A stretch of DNA of 64,000 nt from NCBI RefSeq assembly GCF_000143415.4, contig NW_003314278.1, forward strand, positions 1,262,673 to 1,326,672, written 5' to 3'. The notes beneath the pieces are model-generated. The model ran no database searches and had not been told where the DNA came from. It saw only the letters and a list, made by a program, of their open reading frames with translations. Numbering within the stretch: position 1 is the stretch's first letter; each line of letters opens with the position of its first letter. Made by a program: the position numbers and the translations under genes. Below, one piece after another: positions 11,610-24,214 of this stretch. Source of the stretch: Selaginella moellendorffii. Its lineage: Eukaryota; Plantae; Lycopodiophyta.

Positions 11610-14600
11610 ACTCCACCACCATAAACAAAGTTTGATGTCCTTATCGAATGATAAACTATTTCATAAAGTAATACTAACATGTATTACTCTTTCCATTTTT
11701 GGCCCTTCGCCAATATTCGTCAATGGTTTGATACTGAAGGCTCACCATGCCTTGCCCATCCTCTAAGAAGCATAGTCTCTCCAACTTAGAGACTTATTCG
11801 ACCACTTGTGGTGGTTCTTTCTGTTTATTGGTTTAGTCCTCACTAAATCTGTTAGAGATACCATCTCTATCTCAATCCACTACTCCTTCTCAAGTAGTCT
11901 CAATTTCCATCAATATAACCTTTGCACTTTGGAACTTTTACTTTTGACTTCTTGAAGTCAATTTCCTAGGTGTCTTCGACACCTTGCATTGCACATATTA
12001 TGCAACTCCACTTCCCTATCTTAGGAAGTTTTCTACTTGAGGGCACTATCATCCTTTCTTCTATTTCGTGCCACCTTGGGCACTAAGTTCCAATTATCAT
12101 AATTTATGCTAGGGCTGTCCATGGCCCTATTATTTGGCTACCTTACCGCTCCCTGCTTTAGAGCTTCCAGTTTCGCCAAATTGGAGCAATTAGAATCCAT
12201 CCTTGGGAACACATTGTCTTTCCCACAATTCATTAACACTCAGCACATTAGTGTTCTTGGCTTAACTTTGCCTTTTTGGATTCTTTCCCATGATTCTCAT
12301 GGCTCTTTTCTTAGCCACTAGTCTTTTTGCTCCTATCCTTAATTGTTGCACCTACCAACATCGGATCGCTACCTCCATTCTCGAAGTATCCTTTCGGTTC
12401 CATAACAAAGACTTTGTTTTGCTAAGTCCAAAGGGTGTTCACCCCTAGTAAATCTTTTTAGCATTTTCTGCCATAGGTTCTATCCCTAGCCCAACTTTGT
12501 GACCCTCCCATGGGTCTTTTATAAAAACTACTTTCTTCGGACTCACTATGCCATCGCACTATCACAGATCATTTCCCTTGGGTATTCTTCCCACTTGGTC
12601 ACCTTGACCAAGCCATACCATCATCAATAGTTCAAATCAACACTTTGAACTAAAAACCTTATCCCTTAACCTCACAAGGACCTCATCCTTGTTTTACCCA
12701 TAAGATCACCTAGTGATCAGACCTTGGCACCCTAACAAGTTTGCCAATAGGTATTAAGTTTTCTAAACCTTTAAGTTGTTTACTATGACCCTGGGGGCAT
12801 CCCCCATACTTGGCGGTGCACCCAAGTCCATAGCAATTGAGAATGGGTGTCCCCATCTCATTCACCACGCCCTTAGTGCTACTTGCACCAAAGTGTTCAA
12901 GTTAGATATGCTGAGCAATCTAACTGTGCATCACGACACCGGGGCATCCCCCGCTAGCAGTGTGCCCAAGCCAGTCTCCTTACTGAGAGCCCATGACCAT
13001 AAGTGTCCTCATATTTCAAACAATCACCACACCCTAGTGAGTTGGGACTCAAACCCAAGCACTAAAGGGTCGGGACTTGAACCTAACCTCTGTATATGCA
13101 TTTACAGAAGGCATCATCCAAGATGTCTAGCGTGACTCCCCATGCTGGTGCACCAACTTATAGTTAAAGTTCGCTACAGATCACAACTTAGGAACCTAGT
13201 TCTTTCGCACTACCAAGTCCTCTCACTTGACAAGTCTTTGATCATGCATGGACTCCTCCATGCTTGGCCCCACGGGCCACACTTTTGTGGCTCCTTCAAC
13301 TAGGGTATTTGTTCTCCCAACTTGGCAATCTCACTTAACAAGTCATCCGACCACCATAACATAGTTCATGCATAAGCATGAAAGTCCTTAACCATCGACT
13401 TTTGTTCAAAGCCCTCTTCTTTGAACACTTGGGAATTACTTCCCTAACCTTAATAGCCTCACCTCTTGGCAAGCTTCAAGACCATGCTTCTGCTGTGCCA
13501 CTTTGATTTTGCATGCTATATGAACAATTTACACTTAGATTTGTAAGTACTTATTTACCTAAGGGAACCTTCAAGGAACTCTATTCTTTAGCTTGCTAAA
13601 GCCTCTCATTTCATAAGCTTTTCAATTGCCATATGGTCTAACATGGACAATCCCATGTTTTAGACTCTCTATGGCATCCCGGTCGCTAGCAACAACATGC
13701 TTGAGCACCCACTTGATTCTCCACTCCCAACTGACATAACCACCATTGGTTATGCAATTCAATTTTTATGGTTTGGTTCTATCCCCTTACTACTTACTTT
13801 TGGCCTCACACATTTCCTTTGGTTATTTTCCTCAAGACTAAGAGGATTTCTTTGCACTTTCTATTATGCCGTAGCAAGTATTCTTAAGGATGAACCTACC
13901 TGATGGCCTAGGAAGTGGTTCCTTAATTTGGGTATGCTCAACTTATAATCCCACACACCGGGATTAACATTGCTACTTATGGGCTTTTATATACCCATTG
14001 CTAGCCTTGCCACAATTCCATTTTGGCTTTGTTCAATTCGGATAAACAATCTTTTCTTGTCTTCGCAACCTTGGACGTTTGGATAACACCTTCTATCCAT
14101 CATTCACTAAGGACTTAGTCCCTTAAGCCTTATCTATTGCCCTCGCGACACTAAACACCACCTCCTGGTGTTCTAAAGTGTTTGGGTGTCCTAATGATGG
14201 TCTCCTTGACAATGAGCATTTCATTTTACGACATTGACTCACTATATTGCAACATAAGCAATTTAAACCCCGTAAGGGTATACCTAACTTCCTTATGTAT
14301 AACTTCCTTAGGTAGCTACCTTCTATCCGTTTAACCAATTATTTTGCACCTCTTACTTAGTTGCCCTATAATTGTCAAATCTTACAACTCATTGTTTGGT
14401 GCTTCCACACCTCCATCATTATTTGGGTCACCACACTCCAATTGCATGCCTTCCAACTTAGGCTATGCCATTTCTATTTCCATTAAGATTCCTTTGGGAA
14501 GGGGTTCTCATAAACTCACTAACTTGACCTCAAGGCAACACGCCTTGGCACATTCGGTGTCTTCACACCCTCGACTCTACAAGCCTACCTTTACGACACT

Positions 14601-15715
14601 CCCCACTTGTGTCGGGGTTTTTTCCAAGACCAAAGCAGTCATTTCTCATGCCAACTATCAGTTAACATTGCACCATAATGTTCACACACAACTCTATACC
14701 AAAGTTGTATTTTTTTGGGGAACACATTTCCCACGACTTTATTATGGCACATTCTGCCATCGATGAGATACCCTCTGTTCTCATACTGAGATCCTATGAT
14801 CCCCACCATCCTTTGTGGGGTATAACATACCTCAGTCCAAATGCTTCCATCAATCCTTTAGGATTATTCCTTAACTCTATTTGAGTCATCTAGCTTTTTG
14901 GACTTTGTCATCCGACGACTAGTGAGGTCCTACCTTTGAGGTGCCAGCTCACTGAAATACAACTTCTTGTATTCAGGTCCTACTCACAAGGACTATCTTT
15001 GCAAGTGTTACTCCGACACTTGATTTGTTCTCTTGGGGCAACCTTTTGCCCCTCATGACCATTTATTCATGTGATGAGAATACCAACTCATCTTCTGAGT
15101 ACACCCCCAACTCCTTGGGTTGTTCCAGCATTTATTAAAGGTAGCCCTAGCTACCATTTCAAGGACTTGTATCCTCTTTGGTATTTGACCTCCCACGGTC
15201 ATCAATTCCGGTCTCAAATTTATGAGCACCAGCCTCAACTATATGAGGGTAATTTTGTGACTCCTTTATTTTTTTGGAGTCTACATCTTTCCTTTGATCC
15301 CAACTATAGTTGTTTACTACAACTACATTAGCCTGTTTGCTGCGTCAAACACTCATCTGGATCACATCCTTAGCTCTCTGAGGAAACCTTATACTGTTCC
15401 CAAGATCCCAAAGTCATTCCATTATTGGCCCTTTTCTATCCACCACCTCGCCTACAAGTTCACACATAAACTATAGTGGAGAGTCATTTCTTCCATTCTA
15501 CTTTAGTCACTTAATTACACCTCCGACCACTTGGAGAAGTCTCACTCACAACCTCCGTAAGTCCTATTTTGGACTTAAGGACTTACTAGCCCCAAGAATG
15601 GCATCCATGCCACTCAACCATTGCATTTGGTCCAAGTGCTCCATGTGTCTGATCTCATGATTGACACCCCAAGGTACCTTTGACATATCAGCCTATTACG
15701 CTAAGGTCATGCTTT

Positions 15716-16062
15716 TTCTCGTTTGGTCCGTTAAGGGCAGGGCTACTCTCGAATAGTGTTTGATAAATTTTCAGTAGTAATTGCATAGCCCCAAGAATGC
15801 CCTTAACTCGTGTACATTCGATGGTCGCTCCCAATCTTGGATCGCTTGGACCTTCTCAGGGTCTACTTTGAGCTTGTCCTTGCCCATCACATGCCCGAGA
15901 AACTTTACCTCTTGTTGAGCAAAGTCACATTTGCTCTCTTTATTATACAGTTGGTGTTCCCTTAGTTTCTCAAATACCTTTGTCAAGTGTTCGGCATGCT
16001 CCTCTAGCGTTTCGCTATAGATCAGGATGTCGTCAATATAGACAACCACAAAGTGATCCAGA
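15716..16062 (-). pseudogene. RT fragment of the chromovirus (duplicate of ~5576-5920)
   Basis: [20 protein letters not shown]...FLGLCNYY; fused by deletion to the LTR at ~16063. Confidence 0.88.
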
Positions 16063-16730
16063 ACATGAGCCGGGAGCACCGCAGTCGGTTTCCCTTTTGG
16101 GAGTGGGAGCTGCTCTTGAGCACTTCCCTGGGTGGCCCCTCCGGCACCACTCAAGCCCATGCTCACTCCCACCCAAGGCCCCTCGGCCCCAGTCTCAACC
16201 TTAAGTCGGTTTGGAAGCCCCACTGAAAAGTTCCTTCAAGACTGGTTTCTGGACCTCACTATCCCTACTATACTTTTGGAACCCCCTGCAGCCCCCTCCC
16301 CCTGGGAGACGCACGCTTTGGGCTTTCACCCCTTGACCCGTATTAGTACTCAGACTTAGTCTCTGGCTCGATCTTGGACTCGATCTCGGATCTGACTTCG
16401 GATTCGGTCTCGGACTCGATCTCAGACTCGATCTCGGACCCGATCTCGGACCCGACCTTGGAGTCGACCTCGGACTCGGTCGCGGACTCGATTTCGGATC
16501 TCGGACTCCGTCTCGAGCTCGGTCTCGAACTCGGACTCGAACTCGGTCTCCGAGTCAGTCTCGGACTCGATTCCGGACTCTATCTCGAACTCAGTCTTAG
16601 AGTCGGTCTTGGACTCAATCTTAGACTTGGTCTCATCCGATGAACTCTTTATCATTTTGGTCAAGCTTTTGGGGCTCCTTTAGCCTATGATATTTCGGCG
16701 AGTTAGTTCCTTACTCTTTGGTTCCTTATA
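16063..16730 (-). repeat. Truncated 5' LTR of the chromovirus complex
   Basis: Direct repeat of ~3168-3834; followed by TSD GCCTA. Confidence 0.88.
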
Positions 16731-16735
16731 GCCTA

Positions 16736-17495
16736 CTATGGAGGAGGACATTTTGCTAAAGAAATTATAGCTCAAAAATTTTTACAAGAAAGATTTTGGT
16801 GGCCAACACTTTGGCACAACTAAGCCAAGTTCTATCACAAATGTGACATCTACCAACGAACCAAGTGTTCACCAAAGAAATAAACTTAAGAACTTCATCC
16901 AAAAACTCCACTCAAACCTTTTCAACAATAGGGACTCGACTTTGTTGGTCCACTTATGACAAGCTCCAAGCAAAACTAGTACATTCTAATTGCAATAGAC
17001 TACATGACAAAATGGGCTGAAGCTCAACCAATAAATATTGCTATAGCAAAGAACACAACAAAGTTCATCTATAAAAACATCATCACAAGATATGGCTTAC
17101 ATTGAGAACTCATCATGGATCAAGGAACACACTTCATTAATGAAACCATCAAGATTTTGACTCAAGAATTCACTATCTAGCACAAGGCTTCAACCATACT
17201 ACCCTCAAGGCAATGGTCAAGCGGAGTCTACAAACAAGACACTCAAAAACATCCTCATGAAAATCATGAAAATAAATTAGAAAGACTAGGACAATCATAT
17301 CTACAATGCCTTGTAGGCATATTGAACCACATATAAAGTTTCAACAAATTTGACGCCATTCAAGCTCACCTACGGCCTTGAAGCTTTGACACTACTCGAG
17401 TACATCATTCCATCACTATGAATGGCAATATAATATGAAATTAACCAAGAAGAATTGATAAAAAGAAGACTAGTCATGCTAGAACAACTTATTGC
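16736..17495 (+). pseudogene. Integrase of the host Ty3/gypsy element (continuation of 1-2661)
   Basis: Translated across stops: GGGHFA, FWWPTL, GLDFVGP, DYMTKWAEAQP, DQGTHF, PQGNGQAESTNKTLK, TPFKLTYG. Confidence 0.85.
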
Positions 17496-17537
17496 TAGCT
17501 AAGATCTTTTAACTATCTCATTTTGAACCTTTAGAAT

Positions 17538-17998
17538 TGTAGCATATGTGATCATGGGATGAGATTTGGATATACTATCCCGTGAATCCTTAGAACCTTG
17601 GGGGATAAATAGGGATAAAATAGCCACTAAGGGCTCTCTCAGTGGCTACTTAAAAAATATAATATACCCTTGAGCAAAGTATATTCCTACCCCTAAATTT
17701 GAAATCATACGTATTGGACATCCCTGCGTACGTCCTTCCTCTTGTGTGGAGTATCCATGGACGAAAGTATCTACCATGGGACTGCAGTATGGGTGGATGA
17801 CTAGTTGTTTCACATGGAATAGCTGGTCTACACAATGGAAGGATTGATATATTGAGTGTGGAAATGGAGGTGTTGGTTCCCCTTGGCTCAGTAGGGGTTG
17901 CTAGTCAATAGTCAATGAGGACATTGACATCTCTGGAGGGGGGGGTGAGTGTAGCACATGTGATCATAGGATGAGATTTAGATATACTATCACTGTGA
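17538..17998 (+). mobile_element. LTR-retrotransposon remnant: two direct copies of an LTR start (17538, 17950) with a PPT before the second
   Basis: A ~45-bp block TGTAGCA(T/C)ATGTGATCAT(G/A)GGATGAGATTT(G/A)GATATACTATC occurs twice; GGAGGGGGGGGTGAG at 17935-17949. Confidence 0.55.
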
Positions 17999-17999
17999 A

Positions 18000-18707
18000 A
18001 GATGTTGCTTCATATGATGGCCAAAGCTAACTATTATCAAACAGTTCTTTTGATAGAGTTTTGCAATCTCATATGCGAGGCATTACTTTGATGATGTCCT
18101 ATGACTAAGGAGGAACATGAGATGCATGTGAGGCAAGTGTAGCCGCTATTAAGGGAGAACAAGCTATATTCTAAACTGTTAAAGCATGAGTTCTTCTTGG
18201 AGGAGATCACCTATCTCAGACATGTGGTGCCGCAAGATGGTGTGCGGGAAGATCCTCAAAAGACTTAGATAGTCATTGACTAGCTTGTTCCCCCTACTGT
18301 GCATGGGTTTCCTTGGTATGGTGGGAGTCTTTTGCCGGTTTGTGAAGGACTTCTCCTTGATTGCTGCTCCTTTGATGGATATTCTTTGAAACATGACCAA
18401 GCATGCTTAGTTGGTGTGGGGTGAAAGTGTCAAGAAGCGTTTGAGCAGTTAAAGCAATCATGTATATTCTACAAATATTTGCTTGTGATAAGCCACTTGT
18501 GGTAGAAGGCTAAAGCTCACGCTATGGAGTCTATGCGTTCAAAGGGTATGGCTCATGAGTCCTTTTCTCTTTCTGATCCTAGTGAGGCTATGGGTGTCAG
18601 TGTGGACCAAGGAGAGAATGTGTCTACTTGGTTTTTATCTGACACGGCTGTCACTAAGCTTTCTGAAGGAGTGAAGAAGAATTGTATCAACTCATCTGAG
18701 CTGTACG
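18000..18707 (+). mobile_element. Highly decayed Ty3/gypsy RT fragment (left flank of the MULE)
   Basis: Remnant HVV..DGV..DPQK and FLGMVG..RFVKDFSLIAAPL at ~18220-18375. Confidence 0.6.
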
Positions 18708-18981
18708 GTTTTTTGTGGGGCTGGGTAGTTTTTGAGCTGAGCTCAAGTCAATGAAAATCAATGAAAGTCAAAGGAAGTCAATACAATCCCCTAACTAGCG
18801 AAAGTTTAATGGCACTACCTTAGTTCGTCCCGAACCAAGAATTTTTAACATAAAATCTAGGTGTTTAAGGTATTCCATAAGCTCATGTAGATTATTGGTT
18901 CGACATGAACTAATCTTTTAGTTTACAAAAAAAGAAAATAATATATTAAACAATATAATTTATATTAAAATCAGAATATAT

Positions 18982-21900
18982 TCAATCTTCTTCTACTTCC
19001 ATATCCAGAAAAGTAGAAATGGGTATAGTGGAATGCTCCTTCACTATAGGCTCGTGTTGTATGTAATGTTGTGCCATACATTTAGCATAAATAGGTAAGT
19101 GGAATTGACTTTGGTCCATATGACCATCCATATCATCAAGATCAAGCGTGTGGACTGAAACACTGTGTGTGATAAGTGTAGACCTAATAAAATAGAAACA
19201 TTTGAGAATAAATATTATAGATTATTTCAAGCACTAACATCACCTGTTGCAAAATCTCCTAAGAATGTCCTCAAAGGCACCCTCCTTCTCAAGTGCAAAA
19301 ACCACTCGGCCTGTCTCTTTTGCTACCTACACCATTGATCCAAATTCTACTGTAACATCAAGCACAATCCCCTTTGGCGGACAGAATAACTCCGACAAGA
19401 TTTGCATGGCCGTGATCGAACGATGTCGATAACCAGGGAATGCTGGGTGAAGAACGTCTGAGTCAATCACATTTGGGATGATGTCTGTAGAGCTGTCATA
19501 TCCTGGTAAAGCAAGAGCAGCACGCTCATCAGCTCGTGTGGCATTACGCCAGTTCCCAATGTGGCATAGAGCATGGTAGTTCCAAGAATAAATCTGGAAA
19601 AAAAAATAGAATAGAGTTAATTTATAAATAAAGAAGTCACACACCTTTTGCGTCTGCCTGCTAGTTCCTTTTGTGTCCACCGCCATACTCGAAAGAAGGC
19701 AGCCAGATGAAAACTCAACAAATCCATCATCGTTATCAGCCAAGTGTGTGAGAAGGCCTTCCCACATTAGAGAGCGAGGAAGGATCATGACAACCACACC
19801 CTCGTATGTCATGAAGCTGCTCGCAACCTTTAAGGCTTGGGAAATGTGTTGGGCCTGCAACACATTCCATGACGGAGTATCCCCCTGTGGTGGTGCCATC
19901 CCATCGGGAAGATTGAAAAAAATGAAATCGATCTTCCCATAAGGTGTGAGCTGACCCAAACCATGGATCCACCGATCAAGCATGTAGAGCTCCCGACTAG
20001 TAGCATCTAAAAGCTGTGTGTAATCCCCAATGAGAACAGCAACTTCCCCAACACTGGCCGTTGGGGATAGAGGGCGAACCTGAAAATCAATTATTAGAAC
20101 TAAAAGTTGAAGATAAAATTCATGCTTACTAACCTGTTTATGCATCGCTGCAGAGGAGAGCTCTTCTAGGTTCTCATCTGTAGCCGTAGGGAGGGATGGG
20201 AAGAATGTCTTAGTCTGCCGAAAAGACTGATGGCTGCTCTCTGCAACATCTATAAAAAAAAAAGTGAAGTCAAGAATGAATAAAAGAATGTTCCAAATCA
20301 AAGTCCTTACTCTCATGAAAGGCTTCATGATGGCCCCTTCGGGGGTTGCAAGGAGCAGGTACTGGAATCTCTTGTGCTGGAATTTTTTGTACAGTTTTTT
20401 CTGGTTCAACGGTATTTGGATTTGGCATCTCCTGAATGGTTTCCTGAGTGCTGACTCCTAGGTTTAGTTGTTGAACTTCAACAACATCATTATCATAGTC
20501 AGAAAGAGCCTCTGGAAAATAAGAATATAACTCAAGGTTAATATTTCCTAGCTCAGTGCTGAGTTTCAAGTGAACCTGGATGACATTCAAGGTAGAGATC
20601 TAGCTCGAAGTCCGATGTTGGCATCTGCTCCACGAGTTCAAGGTACCACAGGCATAGCTGCCTCTCATGTGTACAAGGACAATAGAACTCTGGCTCATAC
20701 ATCCCAAGCTTCTTGCCTCTAGTCAGGAGCTTCTGCAAAACACCGGTTGTGTATACTGGTGCGCTGGGGCAATATTTTAAATATCTACAAAGTAAAACAA
20801 AAATATAAATACCAATATATAAATGAGAATTGAAAAAATACCTGTAAACCATGCGCCTCGCAAGAAATGGTTGTCCTGGTTGGTTCTTGAACTCAGCCGA
20901 ACTCGTCCCACCACGTGGAAGCCAACCATTCCCTAGCTCTGCAAGACAAGCACGAATATATTCTTCGAGAGTGATACCTGTGCGGGTGCTGGAAAGAAAC
21001 TTCTCATCCCAGACTTGTAGCCTCTCCTCACCAGCGGCAATACTCTGAGAAATGTATGCCTTCTCCTTCATCACCTTCTCCATCCTTATCTCATAGCGTT
21101 TTTCATTATTTCGCAGCCAAGTGTTGAGAAGTTCCAAGCAGACACTTTGTTCAGCAAAGGATATTTTACTCTTAGAGATGTTGTAAATGAGTTCCTCCGA
21201 TGCTTTACCAGTTCCTACACACACAAGGAGTTATGAAATGTTTCACAAATTTTATAAGAACTTACGAACACGAGAATAAATCTCGGCAATGCTATCAAGC
21301 CATTCCTGCCCATGTCGTATGTCTGCAATCGAGAGCAACTTTTTCACCTTTGTTCTCTTCGTATTCAAAATTTGCTGCTCAATCGCATGCCACTCCGTCT
21401 CCTTCTGCTGCTCGTCCCCTCGGGCATTTTTAAAGAATGACACTCTTTCTCCTTTGATTATGGGCTGCAAGAAACATTATGTAAGTTGATACATACTTCA
21501 ATACTAATTTACCTTCGCCCAGACAGCAACTAGAAAATCAAGTGGCAGTTGGTACCAAGTCTGCAATTCTTGGCCTTTCTTAGCTGCTAGCTTCACTCGA
21601 ATTGCTTCAAATACCTCACGATTGTACAACGTTTGGACCTCCTCTAGTGAGAGCATGCCCATAAACCGAAGGTGCTCAATGTCATGTACCAATGTATGAG
21701 CTTGAAACGCAAATTGGTTTAGCCTGCAAAAACACGATATTAGCTAAGTTTACAAAAAATAAATTCTTACATGTTGATCTTATGGCATGCCATGTTGAGC
21801 TTCACAGTGTGCTCCCAAGTCATTGGTTCGACAAGTGTGACTGGAACACTAATGTGTCGTTCTTCGTCATCTCGGAACTTCTCTTGAATGCACTTCCAAA

Positions 21901-22839
21901 ATGCCAGCCACCTATGGTTTCCATCGATCACCCAAAAGAGCTTTCCAATGAACCCTGTTGTCTCCACATGTTATCCTAAGAATCCATCAAACTCACGAGA
22001 CTTTCGCAGCCGTATAGGATCCCATTTTTCCTCAAGTTCAGTAGTCACTGACTCTATTCGGCTGGTTCCAGGGAAAGTTGGTGAAACGATGAAGGTACCA
22101 GCTGTGCTCCCAAACCCGACCTCGGCAAAGGAGCTGTAGATAGCCATGTTGAGGTTGTAAGCTGAGCGCACCCAATGGCTTTGAACCAATCGGCACAAAG
22201 GAACTAGAAATCGATGAGGGCCATTCCATGCCTTTTCCTGTAACACTTTATTGACTGTCCGTTCTTGAGCTTGGATAATTGTGTCCTGAAAACGATCATT
22301 CAAGATGGTGTCAGAATCATGCATGCATAATCCCTCACCACCACTAGCTCCCCCTACACCACCAGCCTGAGGAGCAGTAGAAGCAGCTACCATGCCCCCA
22401 GTAGCCTCTGTAGTAGATCCACCTACAACGCTACCAATAACATCCTCAGCTGGTTCATCGACCTGGCCGCAAGCAGCCTCAGCAACTGAAGGCATAGCAC
22501 CCCCACCACCGCCAACATCAGATGCAAGTACCCCACCACTAGTACCCACAGCCTCAGGAGCACTAGTACCAACAACCTCAATAACACCAACATCGATTTG
22601 AGTGTTCATCTCAACATCCATGTCATTGTTATACTCATCGTTGCCTCCTGTATGACTAGCCGAAACTTCATTGGATACTTGAGATGAATCTCCACTCAAT
22701 CGGCCAAGCCCACAGCGATCAAGGCTGCTACCTTTTCCTGGAGATCGAGACCATTGAGGCTAGCCTCAACGCTTCCTCTAAAATAAAAAGCAAAACTATT
22801 ATAACATCTAATTTGTAATGTAAAGCAAACCTGTGGCAT
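18982..22839 (-). pseudogene. 11-exon gene: ParB/Srx-like domain + C-terminal beta-class amino-DNA methyltransferase (N4-C/N6-A type); four in-frame stops
   Basis: GT-AG introns at 22778-22830, 21724-21770, 21465-21512, 21215-21265, 20785-20841, 20512-20575, 20250-20310, 20080-20133, 19594-19644 and 19184-19243 join the ORF pieces in frame. ParB-like: FLVPLCRL..SFAEVGF..TFIVSP..FWVIDGNHRWLAF..VPVTLV. MTase-like: VLIGDY..LL, KIDFIFFNLPDG, HRSITAMQILSELFCPPKGIVLDVTVEFGSMV*VAKETGRVVFALEKEGAFEDILRRF. Confidence 0.75.
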
Positions 22840-22987
22840 TTGAAGTTCAAGTCCTTTGTTGGAAGTTTCAGGTAGTCAAGCTTGATTTATATCTGCTCTC
22901 ACAAGAAAAGTTTGTAAGTAAAAGATGTGAAAAATAGATTGTAAACTACAAGAAATGCAAAGGAAAAAAACATAAGTCACTGGGAGA

Positions 22988-23511
22988 GGTTGGTTCGCGC
23001 GAGAACTAACCTCACCCTACCTTTCAAGAAAAAGGAAAAACACAACAAGAATATGGGAGAGGTCGGTTCGCGCAAGAACCGACATCTTCCACCCTCTAAT
23101 TTTCACATAAAATGCCCCATCAAGTCAATGAAATAAAAAAAAAACCTTGAATATGTCGGTTCGCACAAGAACCGACATTTCAATCTCTCTCTGTTTTCTA
23201 AAATATAGAAATCTCACCACTAGAAACATGAAAAAAATCAAGAAAGCTCACTTCTAGAAAAAATGAAGGTGGGGAGACATCAGTTCGTGCGCGAACCGAT
23301 CTTTCCCACCCCTTCAACAAGGAAAAAAAAAAAAAAAGACGAGGTAGAGATGGGCAAAAAGCTAAACAGAAAATGAAATAGAATGCTAGGAGATGTCAGT
23401 TCGCACAAGAACCGACATCTCTATCCCTCAAGAGAAAACAAAAGTTGAGAAAATAGAAACTTCTAATGGAAGAAAGAAAGTGAGGAGACGTCGGTTCACG
23501 TGCGAACCGAC
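22988..23511. promoter_or_regulatory. Array of six palindromes, consensus GTCGGTTC-N6-GAACCGAC, in the divergent intergenic region
   Basis: Copies at 22988-23011, 23062-23083, 23155-23176, 23279-23300, 23395-23416 and 23490-23511, separated by A-rich spacers. Confidence 0.85.
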
Positions 23512-23755
23512 CTTCTCAAGGAAGCATACCTTGTTTGAGGAGCGTCTTGAAGCACATTGCTTGATTGAAGCGCCTTTTTCTCACCCTTCCCTGCTCAAGC
23601 GCGCTTTTCTTTTGCCCTTTGTTGCTCAAACCCTAGGCATAAAACCCTAAAAATCAATGGACGCGATCAACAGTCACGATCAATGGCCATAATTTTCATT
23701 CTCTTTGATGGTGATCAATGGACACAATCATTCAATGCTTTAGATATTAAGATAT

Positions 23756-24021
23756 GTATAATTGATTGTGAGAGGAATAATAATGTTAAAATGAATGTGG
23801 TTATGAGTGAGAAGCGCCAGTCAATCACAAAAGTTGTAGCATTGATTGTTTTTTCTCCCTCTCATCTCCATGCTCTCTTCCCTTCAAGAGAGTTTCATTC
23901 TTTTGTGACGAGTGAGAGAGACTCAAGCTCGAAAAGGTTGGTTTGTGCGCGGTTTTTTCGCACTTCTCACTCATAACCACATTCATTTCAACATTATTAT
24001 TCCTCTCACAATCAATTATAC
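23756..24021. repeat. Inverted repeat, ~62-bp arms with ~140-bp spacer (foldback/MITE-like)
   Basis: GTATAATTGATTGTGAGAGGAATAATAATGTT...GAGTGAGAAG (23756-23817) is complementary to 23960-24021. Confidence 0.85.
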
Positions 24022-24214
24022 AATTAATATGGGTGGCTCTTTAAGATTCTCATATCTCTCTAGATTCTAAATGGTTGTATATTTTGTTAAAATAATTAAT
24101 TTGTCCTTTGCAAGGACATAGCTAGTTAATGCTCACAATATAGAAGAATATCTTTGTTCTTTGTTGTCAGTTTCTCCCTAAATTTTTTTCTAAGTGCTCA
24201 AGCAAGGAGAAGAT

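Larger units (their letters stand above)
2662..16730 (-). mobile_element. Nested, rearranged chromovirus (Ty3/gypsy) complex inserted as one unit
   Basis: Starts TG at 2662 and ends TA (decayed CA) at 16730. Flanked by a perfect 5-bp TSD GCCTA (2657-2661, 16731-16735). The host integrase is rejoined when the block is removed. Confidence 0.85.

Noticed and set aside
10916-11635. Long ORFs in several frames
   Set aside because: Artefacts of the stop-free tandem repeat.
19327-20409. 360-aa ORF as a standalone gene
   Set aside because: It reads through AT-rich introns and starts in the wrong frame; it is part of the spliced 18982-22839 gene.
18982-22839. Bacterial or phage contamination as the source of the ParB-MTase
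   Set aside because: Ten spliceosomal introns of host-typical size, and location inside a TIR element nested in plant retroelements.
22988-23511. CRISPR-like array (palindromic repeats with spacers)
   Set aside because: Spacers are variable in length (about 50-100 nt), low-complexity and A-rich. The repeats are degenerate, there are no cas genes, and the context is eukaryotic.
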